Shown piece by piece: positions 30,137-39,028 of a DNA stretch of 64,000 nt. Source of the stretch: Candidatus Binataceae bacterium (GTDB lineage: Bacteria > Desulfobacterota > Binatia > Binatales > Binataceae); contig JADMIL010000003.1 in NCBI GenBank assembly GCA_015478645.1, forward strand, positions 1,543 to 65,542, read 5' to 3'. The notes under the pieces were generated by a model. The model had not been told where the DNA came from. It made no database searches and worked only from the letters and a program-made list of their open reading frames with translations. The translations under genes were made by a program, and so were the position numbers. How positions within the stretch are numbered: position 1 is the first letter of the stretch; each line of letters begins with the position of its first letter.

Positions 30137-30931
30137 ATGGCAAATTACGCTAATCTGATTTTTGAAGTGCGCGATCACATTGCGCACATCACGCTCAATC
30201 GTCCCGCCGCGGCCAACGCGCTCAATCTGGAACTCGCCCAGGAACTCGAAGAGGTCGCGCTGCTCTGCGACGAGGATCCCGCGGTGCGCGCGGTGCTGCT
30301 TGGCGGCAACGGCCGGATCTTCTGCGCCGGCGGCGATCTGAAATCGTTTGCCGCGCAGGAGCCGGCGCATCTGGCCGCGCATCTCAAGCGCGTCACGCTC
30401 TACCTCCATCAGGCGATTCATCGCTTTGCGCGGATGCGTGCGCCGGTCGTCGCCGCCGTCAACGGCAACGCCGGAGGCGCCGGGATGAGCCTGACCTGCG
30501 CGGCCGACCTGGTGCTGGCGGCCGAGTCGGCGCGCTTCACGCTGGCCTACACCCGCGTCGGCCTCACGCCCGACGGCTCGTCGACCTACTACCTGCCACG
30601 GATCATCGGGGTGCGCCGCACGATGGATCTGGCGCTGACCAATCGGCTGATCACCGCGCGCGAGGCCGAGACCATGGGCATCGTAACGCGCGTCGTCGCC
30701 GACGCCGACCTCGCCGCCGAAGCGCTGAAACTCGCGACCGAACTGGCGCACGGCGCGACCAACGCCTTCGGCGGGGTCAAGCGGATGCTCTACGCGTCGA
30801 TGAACAATTCGCTGGCCGAACAGATGGAACTCGAGACCGAAGTGATCGCCGAGGTGTCGCGGACGGCCGATGCGCGCGAGGGTATCGCGTCGTTCCTGGC
30901 CAAGCGTCCGCCGGTCTTCACCGGCAAATAG
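30137..30931 (+). CDS. enoyl-CoA hydratase/isomerase family protein
   Basis: HITLNRPAAANAL and FCAGGDLK motifs; 264 aa. Confidence 0.9.
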   Translation: MANYANLIFEVRDHIAHITLNRPAAANALNLELAQELEEVALLCDEDPAVRAVLLGGNGRIFCAGGDLKSFAAQEPAHLAAHLKRVTLYLHQAIHRFARMRAPVVAAVNGNAGGAGMSLTCAADLVLAAESARFTLAYTRVGLTPDGSSTYYLPRIIGVRRTMDLALTNRLITAREAETMGIVTRVVADADLAAEALKLATELAHGATNAFGGVKRMLYASMNNSLAEQMELETEVIAEVSRTADAREGIASFLAKRPPVFTGK

Positions 30932-30952
30932 GCGGACATCTGCCGGCCGGTC

Positions 30953-31067
30953 CTAAGAACCTCGGCACAAGTTAGGTTGTCATTCTGAGCGCAGCGAAGA
31001 ATCCCGGATCCGGGACCCATGCGCTGCGCTCAGGGTGACAGCAGAGCCTGGTGCAGAGGTTCCCTAA
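30953..31067 (-). mobile_element. MITE-like palindromic repeat, copy 2 (orientation B)
   Basis: CTAA-GAACCTCGGCAC ... GGATCC ... GTGCAGAGGTTCC-CTAA. The right CTAA contains the stop codon of the next gene. Confidence 0.85.
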
Positions 31068-32077
31068 TAGCCGAGCGCGCGGTCGACCAGGTTGAGCAGC
31101 GGACGCCGCGCGCGCCAGCGCCGCAGATTCTCGGCGAACAGCTCGCACGCCGCGCCGTTGTAGTTCTTGTACGCGCCCGACATGTGCGGCGTCAGGATGA
31201 CATTCTCCATCGCCCACAGCGGACTTTCCGGCTCGAGCGGCTCGCGCTCGAAGACGTCGAGGCCGGCGCCCGCGATACGTTTTTCGGCGAGCGCCGCGGC
31301 CAGCGCGTTCTGATCGATCACCGAGCCGCGGCCGATATTGACGAGGTACGCGTGCGGACGCATCGCGGCCAACTCCCGCGCGCCGATAAAGCCCTGCGTA
31401 TGCGCCGTGCCGGGGAGCGTCACCGTGACGTAATCGCTCGCCGCGAGCAGCGCGGCGCGCTCGTCCGGCCCGAACCATTGCGCCGGAATTCGCCCCTCGG
31501 GATCGCCGACGCCCGGCGCGTTCCAGCCGTGGTCGGCGTGCTCAGCCGGGTTGCGCTTGAGCGCGAGCACCGTCATCCCGAACGCGGCGCCCAGGCGCGC
31601 GGTCTCGCGGCCGATCGATCCGTAGCCGATCACGCCGAGCGTCGTGCCGCGCAGCGAGTCGACGGTGTTCATGAAGTTCGTGTTGCGCTGCCATTCGCCG
31701 CGGATTTGCGCGCGGATCGTCTGATGGAAGCCGTGCGCATAGGCGAGCATCGATCCGATCGTGTACTCGGCGATCGCGGTGCCGTGAATGCCGCTGGCGG
31801 TGGTCACGGCGACGCCGGGCGCGGCGGCGAGCGCGCCCTTGAGAATATGGTCGGCGCCCGCGCTGAGCAGTTGCACCCACTTGAGATTGGGCGCGCGGCG
31901 CATCAGTTCGTCGGGCACGCGGAAGCTGAACAGCACGTCGCATCCGCCGTCCGCCGCGGCGATCATCTCGGCCTGCGATCGGCATGGGCGATCGATAAAT
32001 TCTTCGCCCTCTAGCGCCGTCTCGAGGATCCGGCGATGGGCGGGCGAGAGTCCGACGGTCGAGAGAATTTTCATCAT
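31064..32077 (-). CDS. D-isomer-specific 2-hydroxyacid dehydrogenase
   Basis: NAD-binding GVIGYGSIGRETARL, catalytic-domain motifs, 337 aa. Confidence 0.9.
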   Translation of the reverse strand: MMKILSTVGLSPAHRRILETALEGEEFIDRPCRSQAEMIAAADGGCDVLFSFRVPDELMRRAPNLKWVQLLSAGADHILKGALAAAPGVAVTTASGIHGTAIAEYTIGSMLAYAHGFHQTIRAQIRGEWQRNTNFMNTVDSLRGTTLGVIGYGSIGRETARLGAAFGMTVLALKRNPAEHADHGWNAPGVGDPEGRIPAQWFGPDERAALLAASDYVTVTLPGTAHTQGFIGARELAAMRPHAYLVNIGRGSVIDQNALAAALAEKRIAGAGLDVFEREPLEPESPLWAMENVILTPHMSGAYKNYNGAACELFAENLRRWRARRPLLNLVDRALGY

Positions 32078-32215
32078 GTGGCCGCGCCTTGCGAGATGGG
32101 CTCAATCTCGCACGGCGGCGCGCCGGCCATCAAGCGCAATCGGCCGCGCCCGCGCGGCCGGCGGACGGCAAATCCATTTCCCGCGCGCCGCCAGGCCGCT
32201 AGACTCGGCCGCAGG

Positions 32216-33112
32216 ATGCGCTCACGCCAATTCATCGCTCTGGCCGCAATCTTCGTCGCGGCGCTCTCCGCCGGCGACGCCGCACTTGCGCATGCGCAAA
32301 GCGGCGTGGGTGGGGCCGGCCCAGCCCGCGTGGGCACCAACCTCAGCGGCGATGCTCCGGTGCCCCCGCTGCCGCCCGGCGCGGCCGATTCCACCAATGA
32401 CGGCAGCGACCAGACGCTCGAGATCGCGCCGCGCATTCCCGCGCCGCCGCCGCCCGCGAGCGCATCGACGCCGGCCGTCGGCAATAGCGGCGCGGCGGGC
32501 GATGCGTCCGCGCCCGACGACGCCAGCGGCGCACCCGATACGTCCACGGCCGATCTCAGCGGCGGAGCGCCGGCCGACGGTACCGCGGCCGAGCCTCAGC
32601 ATCCGTACCTCGGCGTCGCCGTTCAGACGATCTTTTCCGACGATCAGCCGGGACGCGTGATCACGGGGCTGGAAGTGGTCAGCGTCGACCCGGGCAGTCC
32701 GGCCCAGCAGGCGGGTCTGCTCGGGCGCACCCAAATGACTTCGGTCGGCGCCTCCGGCGCAACCGCCGGCGCGCTGATCCCGCCGCTCGATCTGCTGATG
32801 ATGCCGCTGCTCAAGAAGGCCGGATCGCTCGGCAAGGGTGGCGACCTGATCGTCGCCGTCGACGATCGCCGCGTCACCAACGATCTCGATCTGCAAGACG
32901 AACTCGCCGCACTCAAGCCCGGCGATGTAATCTACCTGACGATCGAGCGCGCGGCGGCCGACGGCACCAAGCGCACGCTCAAGCTGCCGGTCAAACTCAC
33001 CGATGGCCCGACTGCCACGCCAGCAACTTCGCTTGCCGCCCGCACGCCATCATCGAACGCGGCCGCGAAGAACTCACAAAGTGCGGCCGTGCCGGCGCCG
33101 CCGCGGCGCTAG
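32216..33112 (+). CDS. secreted PDZ domain-containing protein
   Basis: Signal peptide MRSRQFIALAAIFVAALSAGDAALAHA. An Ala/Pro/Gly-rich low-complexity region. PDZ-like GLEVVSVDPGSPAQQAGL ... GDLIVAVDDRRV ... GDVIYLTIER. Confidence 0.65.
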   Translation: MRSRQFIALAAIFVAALSAGDAALAHAQSGVGGAGPARVGTNLSGDAPVPPLPPGAADSTNDGSDQTLEIAPRIPAPPPPASASTPAVGNSGAAGDASAPDDASGAPDTSTADLSGGAPADGTAAEPQHPYLGVAVQTIFSDDQPGRVITGLEVVSVDPGSPAQQAGLLGRTQMTSVGASGATAGALIPPLDLLMMPLLKKAGSLGKGGDLIVAVDDRRVTNDLDLQDELAALKPGDVIYLTIERAAADGTKRTLKLPVKLTDGPTATPATSLAARTPSSNAAAKNSQSAAVPAPPRR

Positions 33113-33280
33113 ATCGGTTGGCGATTTTTTTCGCCGCGTTCGGTTGGCCGACGCTGCGGCCGGTCGCTGAAATCTGCTAATATGGTCATGTTTCCGGTGC
33201 ACCGCGGCTCGCGGTGTTGCGCTGGTGCGTGCACTTTGTCCCAGCAATCAATTTGACCCTCAATCAAGGCGTTGAAATAA

Positions 33281-36200
33281 GTGGAGCGAAGCCTCAAAGA
33301 AGCGGCCAGCGAACTCAAGGCCCGGATCGACGCGGCGACCGAGCGCCGGTTTCCCCTGATGGGTCTCAAGGGGGCGGCCAACGCGCTGATGCTGCGTGAG
33401 GCGGCGCTCAGCTTCGACCGTCCGATCCTGGCGATCACGTCGCTGGCCAACGAGGCCGAGACGCTGGCCGGCGAGCTGGCGTTTTTTCTCGATCAGCCGG
33501 CCGATTGCGATCCGGCCGCCGCCCGCGTGCATCTGCTGCCCGCCTGGGAGTTGCGGCCGCTGGCCCAGCTTTCGCCCCCGCCCGACGTGCAGGCGGCGCA
33601 ACTGGCCGCGCTCTTCGCGCTTGTGCGGACGCGCGCACCGGTGGTCGTCACGTCGGTCGAGGCGCTGGCGATGCGCACGATTCCGCGCGCGGTCTTTGAG
33701 CAATCGGTGATTCGCATCGCGCTGGCGGAAGCGATCGACCTCGAGGCGCTGATCGAGGCGCTCGCGGCGATGGGCTATCAGCGCGTGCCGCAGACCGAGG
33801 AGCCCGGCGATTTCAGCGTGCGCGGCGGCATCGTCGATATCTTCTCGCCGCTCCATCACAACCCCGTGCGCGTCGAGCTGGAAGAGGACATCGTCACCTC
33901 GCTGCGCCATTTCGATCCGTCAAGCCAGCGCTCGCTCGGCGAGATCGACGAGACCACGGTGATTCGCACGCGGCAGGTGCCGCCCGCGGTGCTGCGCGAC
34001 AAGCGCCTGGTCGATCGGGTGGCGCTGCGCTGCGCCGAAATCGGCATGATCCGCAAGGAGACCGCCGAGCTGACCGAGACGATCGAGAACGGCCTGCTGT
34101 TTCCCGGCGTTGAATTGATCACGCCGCTGCTCTACGAGAGCGGGCTGGATTCGATCTTCGCCTACGTGCCGGCCAACACCGTCGCCTGGATGATCGATCC
34201 GGGGCGGATGCTCGGCGAGGCCGAGCGGCTGGCCGAGCGAATCGCCACGGAGGCGGAGGCGGCGCAGGCCAAGCCGATATTCTACCCGGCGCCCGAATCG
34301 CTCTATCTCGCGACCGCCGATTTCGAGCGCGCGCTGGCCGGGCTGACCGCCGTCGAGGTCGGGTCGCTGATTACGGTGGCGGCGCCGCGCGAAGGCTGGG
34401 CGATGCCGGTCGAGGTCAAGTCGCAGCCGAGTCTGCGCCTGGGTGCCGCCGAACTGACGGGGACCAACGCCGCGCCATCGTTTGCACCGCTGGCGACCGA
34501 ACTGAACGAAGTGCGCCGCGGCCAGGGTCGCGCCTTGATGGTGGTCGAGGGCCCCCACCAGTCGGCGCGCCTGCGCCGCCATCTCGAGGCCTACGACATC
34601 GAGGTCAATCTCGAATGCCGCAGCTTTGCCGAGCTGCTCGAATATCCGGACTACCGGCCGGTAATCATGGAGGGCGAAATCTCGGCCGGCGGCGTACTGG
34701 AGCGCGACGGGCTGTACGTCTATAGCGAAGAAGATCTGTTCGGCGAACCGCGCACCCGCCGCCGCACGCGACGCGTCGGCAAGGGCGCCCTGCTCAATCT
34801 CGAAGAGCTCAAGCCCGACGACCTGGTGGTGCATATCGACCACGGCATCGGGCGCTACCGCGGCCTGCGCCATCTCAAGGTGGCCGACACCGAAGGCGAT
34901 TTTCTCAACCTCGAGTATTCGGGCAACGACACCATGTACGTGCCGGTCGAACGGATCAACCTGGTCCAGCGCTACGTCGGCGGCGGTGGCGACGGCGTTG
35001 AACCGAAGCTCGATCGGCTGGGCGGCGGCTCGTGGGATCGGGTCAAGAGCCGCACCAAACAGGCGCTGCTCGCGATGGCCTCCGAGCTGCTCGACATCTA
35101 CGCCGCGCGCGAAGTGGTCGAGGGCCACGCCTTTCCCCATCCGGGGCGCGACTACGAGGAGTTCGCGGCGCGCTTCGAGTTCGAGGAAACGCCCGACCAG
35201 CAGGCGGCGATTGATGAAGTGATCCGCGACATGGCGCGGCCCAAGCCGATGGATCGGCTGATCTGCGGCGACGCCGGCTTCGGCAAGACCGAGGTCGCGC
35301 TGCGCGCCGCCTTTATCTGCGTGATGGACGGGCGGCAGGTCGCGATGCTGGTGCCGACGACGATCCTGGCCGAACAGCATTGGGATAACTTCCGCAAACG
35401 CTTCAAGGACTATCCGGTGCGGGTCGAGATGGTCTCGCGCTTTCGCACGCCGCGCCAGAACAAGCAGGTGATCGAAGACGTGCGCCGCGGCGCCGTCGAT
35501 ATCGTCATCGGTACCCATCGCCTGCTGCAAAACGACGTCGAGTTCCCCAAGCTCGGGCTGCTCATCGTCGATGAGGAGCATCGCTTCGGCGTGCTCGACA
35601 AAGAGCGCATCAAGCGCATCCGCAAGCTGGTCGAGGTGCTGACGCTGACCGCCACGCCGATTCCGCGCACGCTGCACATGGCGATGCTCGGGATTCGCGA
35701 TCTCTCGGTGATCCAGACGGCGCCGCCGGCGCGCCAGTCGATCCGGACCTTCGTCGCGCATTTCGAGGACGGCCTGATTCGCGACGTGATCATCCGCGAG
35801 CTCAATCGCGGCGGCCAGGTCTTCTTCGTCCACAACCGCGTCGAGAATATCCAGTATATGTCGCGCCACCTGCAGGCGCTGGTGCCCGAGGCGCGCATCG
35901 CCACCGCCCACGGCCAGATGAAAGAGCACGAACTCGAGGTCGTGATGCGCGACTTTATCGAGAACCGCATCAACGTGCTGATCTGCTCGGCGATCATCGA
36001 ATCCGGCCTCGACATCCCTAACGCCAACTCGATGATCATCAACCGCGCCGACCACTTCGGCCTGGCCCAGCTCTACCAGTTGCGCGGACGCGTCGGCCGC
36101 TCCAAGCGCAAGGCCTACGCCTACCTGCTGATTCCCGGCGAGCACATCATCACCCGCGAGGCCAAGCGCCGTATCGAGGCGCTGCGCGAACTGGTCGAGG

Positions 36201-36862
36201 CCGAGAGCGGCAGCGGCTTCAAGCTCGCGATGCGCGACCTCGAGCATCGCGGCGCCGGCAATCTGCTGGGCCGCGAGCAATCGGGCGAAATCGCGGCGGT
36301 CGGTTTCGAGCTGTACGCCGAGATGATGGAGCAGGCGATCCGCGAATTGCGCGGCGAGCCGCAGCGGCCCGACTTCGAGCCCGAACTGCGCATCGCGATC
36401 CCGGCCTACATCCCGGACAGCTTCGTGCCCGACGAAAACGAGCGGCTGGTGCTATACCGCCGGATGGCGCGGGCGGCGTCGCCCGCCGACCTCGACGAAT
36501 TGCGCGACGAGCTGCGCGACCGCTGCGGGCCGGTCCCCACACTGATCGAGAACCTGATCGCCGCGATGAACCTGCGGCGCATGATGCGCGATATGATGAT
36601 CCTGAGCGCCGTGCTCAAGGGCGATCAACTCGAAATAAAATTTCACTCCGACGCGCCGATCGATTCCGAGAAGTTGGCCGCGCTGGCCCACGCCAACCGC
36701 AATACGATGCGGCTGACGCCGTCGTTCCACGTCATCGTGCGGATTGCGCCGGGCGAATACGAACAGACCTTCAGCCAGATCGACGGTGTCTTGCAGGCCC
36801 TGGCGGCCTGTGAAAAATTGGAAAATCAGCCGGCGCGCTCAGTGGGGCCGCTGCTGAATTAG
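33281..36862 (+). CDS. mfd: transcription-repair coupling factor
   Basis: 1193 aa. Superfamily-2 helicase motifs (GDAGFGKTEVA, DEEHRFG), a CarD-like domain and the TRG motif region. Confidence 0.95.
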   Translation: MERSLKEAASELKARIDAATERRFPLMGLKGAANALMLREAALSFDRPILAITSLANEAETLAGELAFFLDQPADCDPAAARVHLLPAWELRPLAQLSPPPDVQAAQLAALFALVRTRAPVVVTSVEALAMRTIPRAVFEQSVIRIALAEAIDLEALIEALAAMGYQRVPQTEEPGDFSVRGGIVDIFSPLHHNPVRVELEEDIVTSLRHFDPSSQRSLGEIDETTVIRTRQVPPAVLRDKRLVDRVALRCAEIGMIRKETAELTETIENGLLFPGVELITPLLYESGLDSIFAYVPANTVAWMIDPGRMLGEAERLAERIATEAEAAQAKPIFYPAPESLYLATADFERALAGLTAVEVGSLITVAAPREGWAMPVEVKSQPSLRLGAAELTGTNAAPSFAPLATELNEVRRGQGRALMVVEGPHQSARLRRHLEAYDIEVNLECRSFAELLEYPDYRPVIMEGEISAGGVLERDGLYVYSEEDLFGEPRTRRRTRRVGKGALLNLEELKPDDLVVHIDHGIGRYRGLRHLKVADTEGDFLNLEYSGNDTMYVPVERINLVQRYVGGGGDGVEPKLDRLGGGSWDRVKSRTKQALLAMASELLDIYAAREVVEGHAFPHPGRDYEEFAARFEFEETPDQQAAIDEVIRDMARPKPMDRLICGDAGFGKTEVALRAAFICVMDGRQVAMLVPTTILAEQHWDNFRKRFKDYPVRVEMVSRFRTPRQNKQVIEDVRRGAVDIVIGTHRLLQNDVEFPKLGLLIVDEEHRFGVLDKERIKRIRKLVEVLTLTATPIPRTLHMAMLGIRDLSVIQTAPPARQSIRTFVAHFEDGLIRDVIIRELNRGGQVFFVHNRVENIQYMSRHLQALVPEARIATAHGQMKEHELEVVMRDFIENRINVLICSAIIESGLDIPNANSMIINRADHFGLAQLYQLRGRVGRSKRKAYAYLLIPGEHIITREAKRRIEALRELVEAESGSGFKLAMRDLEHRGAGNLLGREQSGEIAAVGFELYAEMMEQAIRELRGEPQRPDFEPELRIAIPAYIPDSFVPDENERLVLYRRMARAASPADLDELRDELRDRCGPVPTLIENLIAAMNLRRMMRDMMILSAVLKGDQLEIKFHSDAPIDSEKLAALAHANRNTMRLTPSFHVIVRIAPGEYEQTFSQIDGVLQALAACEKLENQPARSVGPLLN

Positions 36863-36898
36863 CCCAGGGCGCGCCACGCGGCGCGAACGCCCGAGTCA

Positions 36899-37936
36899 GT
36901 GCCAATGCAAATGCCCATCAGCATCAAGACCGTTACCGTCCGGACCGCTGCCGGATTACGCCTCGCCGCGGCGCTGGCCGCGACCCTCGCGCTGATCACC
37001 GTGGGTGCGGCGCGCGTCGGCCAGGCCGACGAGATCGACAGCGTCGTCGCCAGCGTGGACGGCGAACCGATCACCAGCCAGGACGTGACGCAATTTGGCG
37101 CGCAGAACCCCTCGGGCGGGGCGGGCGCCAGCTCGATGCCCTCTTCGCTGACCCCGTCGCCCAGCGATTCCGACGCCGTGCTCAAGGCGATCATCACGCA
37201 GAAGATGCTCGAGAGCGAATCGAAGAACTACGCCGATCGGGTCGACGAGGATGAGGTTGACCGCTATATCGCCAACCTTGAACAACAGGGCAAGGTAACC
37301 GACGCGCAATTGCGCGCCCAATTACAGCAACAGGGGATCAGCTACGACGACTTCCGCGCCAAAGTCCGCAAACAGGTCGAGGCGATGGCCATGATCGACA
37401 AGGAAGTGCGCCAGAAGATCGTCATCCCCGAAGCCCAGATCAATCAGTACTACAAGGATAATCCTGAAGATTTCATCGCCACGACTGAAAAATACGACCT
37501 CGCCCAGATTTTGATCGCGGTGCCCGCCGGATCCACGCCGCAGCAGATCGCGGCCGCCCGCGAGAAGGCCGAAGGGATCCGCAAAAAGATTGCCAAGGGC
37601 GGCGACTTCGCGGCGTTGGCGATGCAATATTCCGACGACGACTCGAAATCCAAGGGCGGCGAATTGGGTGAATTCGCGCCCGACGACCTCAATAACGCGA
37701 TCCTGGCGGCGGTCACCAACCTCAAGGCGGGCGACATCACGCCGGTGGTCAAAACCCGCTACGGCTTCCATATCGTGGAAGTCGAGAGCCATCAAAGGCC
37801 CGGCCTCCAGCCGCTCGACCAGGTCCGCGGCCAGATTCGCGAAAAGCTGATGACCTATCAAGCCAAAGAAGCGTTCCAGAAATGGGTGGATAACGAACTG
37901 ATCAAGCAGCATTACATCGAGACCCTGCAACAGTAG
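36899..37936 (+). CDS. surA: SurA-like periplasmic chaperone / PpiC-type peptidyl-prolyl isomerase
   Basis: Signal peptide, SurA N-domain ([15 protein letters not shown]), and a parvulin domain (GGELGEF ... [10 protein letters not shown]). Confidence 0.85.
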   Translation: MPMQMPISIKTVTVRTAAGLRLAAALAATLALITVGAARVGQADEIDSVVASVDGEPITSQDVTQFGAQNPSGGAGASSMPSSLTPSPSDSDAVLKAIITQKMLESESKNYADRVDEDEVDRYIANLEQQGKVTDAQLRAQLQQQGISYDDFRAKVRKQVEAMAMIDKEVRQKIVIPEAQINQYYKDNPEDFIATTEKYDLAQILIAVPAGSTPQQIAAAREKAEGIRKKIAKGGDFAALAMQYSDDDSKSKGGELGEFAPDDLNNAILAAVTNLKAGDITPVVKTRYGFHIVEVESHQRPGLQPLDQVRGQIREKLMTYQAKEAFQKWVDNELIKQHYIETLQQ

Positions 37937-38976
37937 TGGCGGCGGCGCGCAAAACGCCGCTCATCGCGGTCAGCATGGGTGACCCGGCCGGTATCGGCGC
38001 CGAAGTCATCCTGAAGGCGGCAACCGCCCTGGCCCGGCGCCGCGAGCGGCCGACGATCATCGTGGTCGGCGATCTGGGCGCGCTGTGCGCGGCGGCGGAT
38101 CGGCTCGGCAAGTCGTGCGTGAGGCCGTGTGAATGGCGTCTGGACGCGGGCACGCCGCCCGGGCGCGGCAGCCTCCCGGTGATCAACCTCGGACGGCTGC
38201 CCGCCAAGGCGATCGCGCCCGCCCGGCCGAGCATCGCCGGCGCCGACGCCGCCTATCGCTATATCGTCGAAGGCGCGCGGATGGCGATGGCGGGTGAGGC
38301 CGACGCGCTGGTCACCGCGCCGATCAACAAGGAATGGCTCAACCGCGCGGGGCATCGTTTTCCCGGCCATTCGGAGTTGCTCGCAAGGCTGGGGCGGGTG
38401 CGCACCTGGCGCATGATGTTCGCCGGCGGCGACTTGCGCCTGGCGCTGGTGACTGTGCATATGGGCCTGGCCCGGGTGTCGCGCGCGCTCACCCGCGATG
38501 GCGTCTATCAAACGATCGGGCTGCTCGCGGAGCATCTGCGCGGCCCGGCGGGAATCGCCCACCCGCGCATCGCGGTGCTCGGCTTCAATCCGCACGCGGG
38601 AGAAAACGGGCTGTTCGGCGACGAGGAGAGCAAGACGATCGTCCCGGCGATTGCGCGCGCGCGGCGTGCCGGCATCGACGCGACCGGGCCGGCCGCGCCC
38701 GACACCGCCTTTATCCGGCGCAACGGAGCGTTCGCATTCGACGCGGCGGTCGCGATGTATCATGATCAGGGGCTGATCGCGCTCAAAACACTGGAGTTCG
38801 ATCGCGCGGTCAATGTCACCTTGGGCCTGCCGTTCATCCGCACCTCGCCCGACCACGGCACCGCCTACGATATTGCGGGCCACGGCACCGCCAGTGCGGC
38901 GAGCATGATCGCGGCGATCGAATATGCGGCCCGCGCCGCGCGCGCACGCATCGCGCCGGCCCGCCGCGCCGCGTGA
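37936..38976 (+). CDS. pdxA: 4-hydroxythreonine-4-phosphate dehydrogenase
   Basis: [15 protein letters not shown] and [11 protein letters not shown] motifs. surA-pdxA synteny as in enterobacteria. Confidence 0.93.
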   Translation: MAAARKTPLIAVSMGDPAGIGAEVILKAATALARRRERPTIIVVGDLGALCAAADRLGKSCVRPCEWRLDAGTPPGRGSLPVINLGRLPAKAIAPARPSIAGADAAYRYIVEGARMAMAGEADALVTAPINKEWLNRAGHRFPGHSELLARLGRVRTWRMMFAGGDLRLALVTVHMGLARVSRALTRDGVYQTIGLLAEHLRGPAGIAHPRIAVLGFNPHAGENGLFGDEESKTIVPAIARARRAGIDATGPAAPDTAFIRRNGAFAFDAAVAMYHDQGLIALKTLEFDRAVNVTLGLPFIRTSPDHGTAYDIAGHGTASAASMIAAIEYAARAARARIAPARRAA

Positions 38977-39028
38977 AGCGCTGGCGCAGGCGGGCGCGGC
39001 GATCCTCGATGAGGCAGGTGGGACCCGG

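Noticed and set aside
33920-36280. 786-aa ORF antisense to mfd. Similar very long antisense or out-of-frame ORFs include 39314-41617 opposite uvrA, 24480-26567 opposite malQ and the SDR gene, 16703-18391 opposite zwf, 3026-4525 and 3528-4412 over gspF, 55838-57184 and 54127-55518.
   Set aside because: These are typical high-GC artefacts. Their translations are Arg/Ala/Gly/His-rich with no recognisable motifs. Each fully overlaps a gene with unmistakable family signatures on the other strand or frame.
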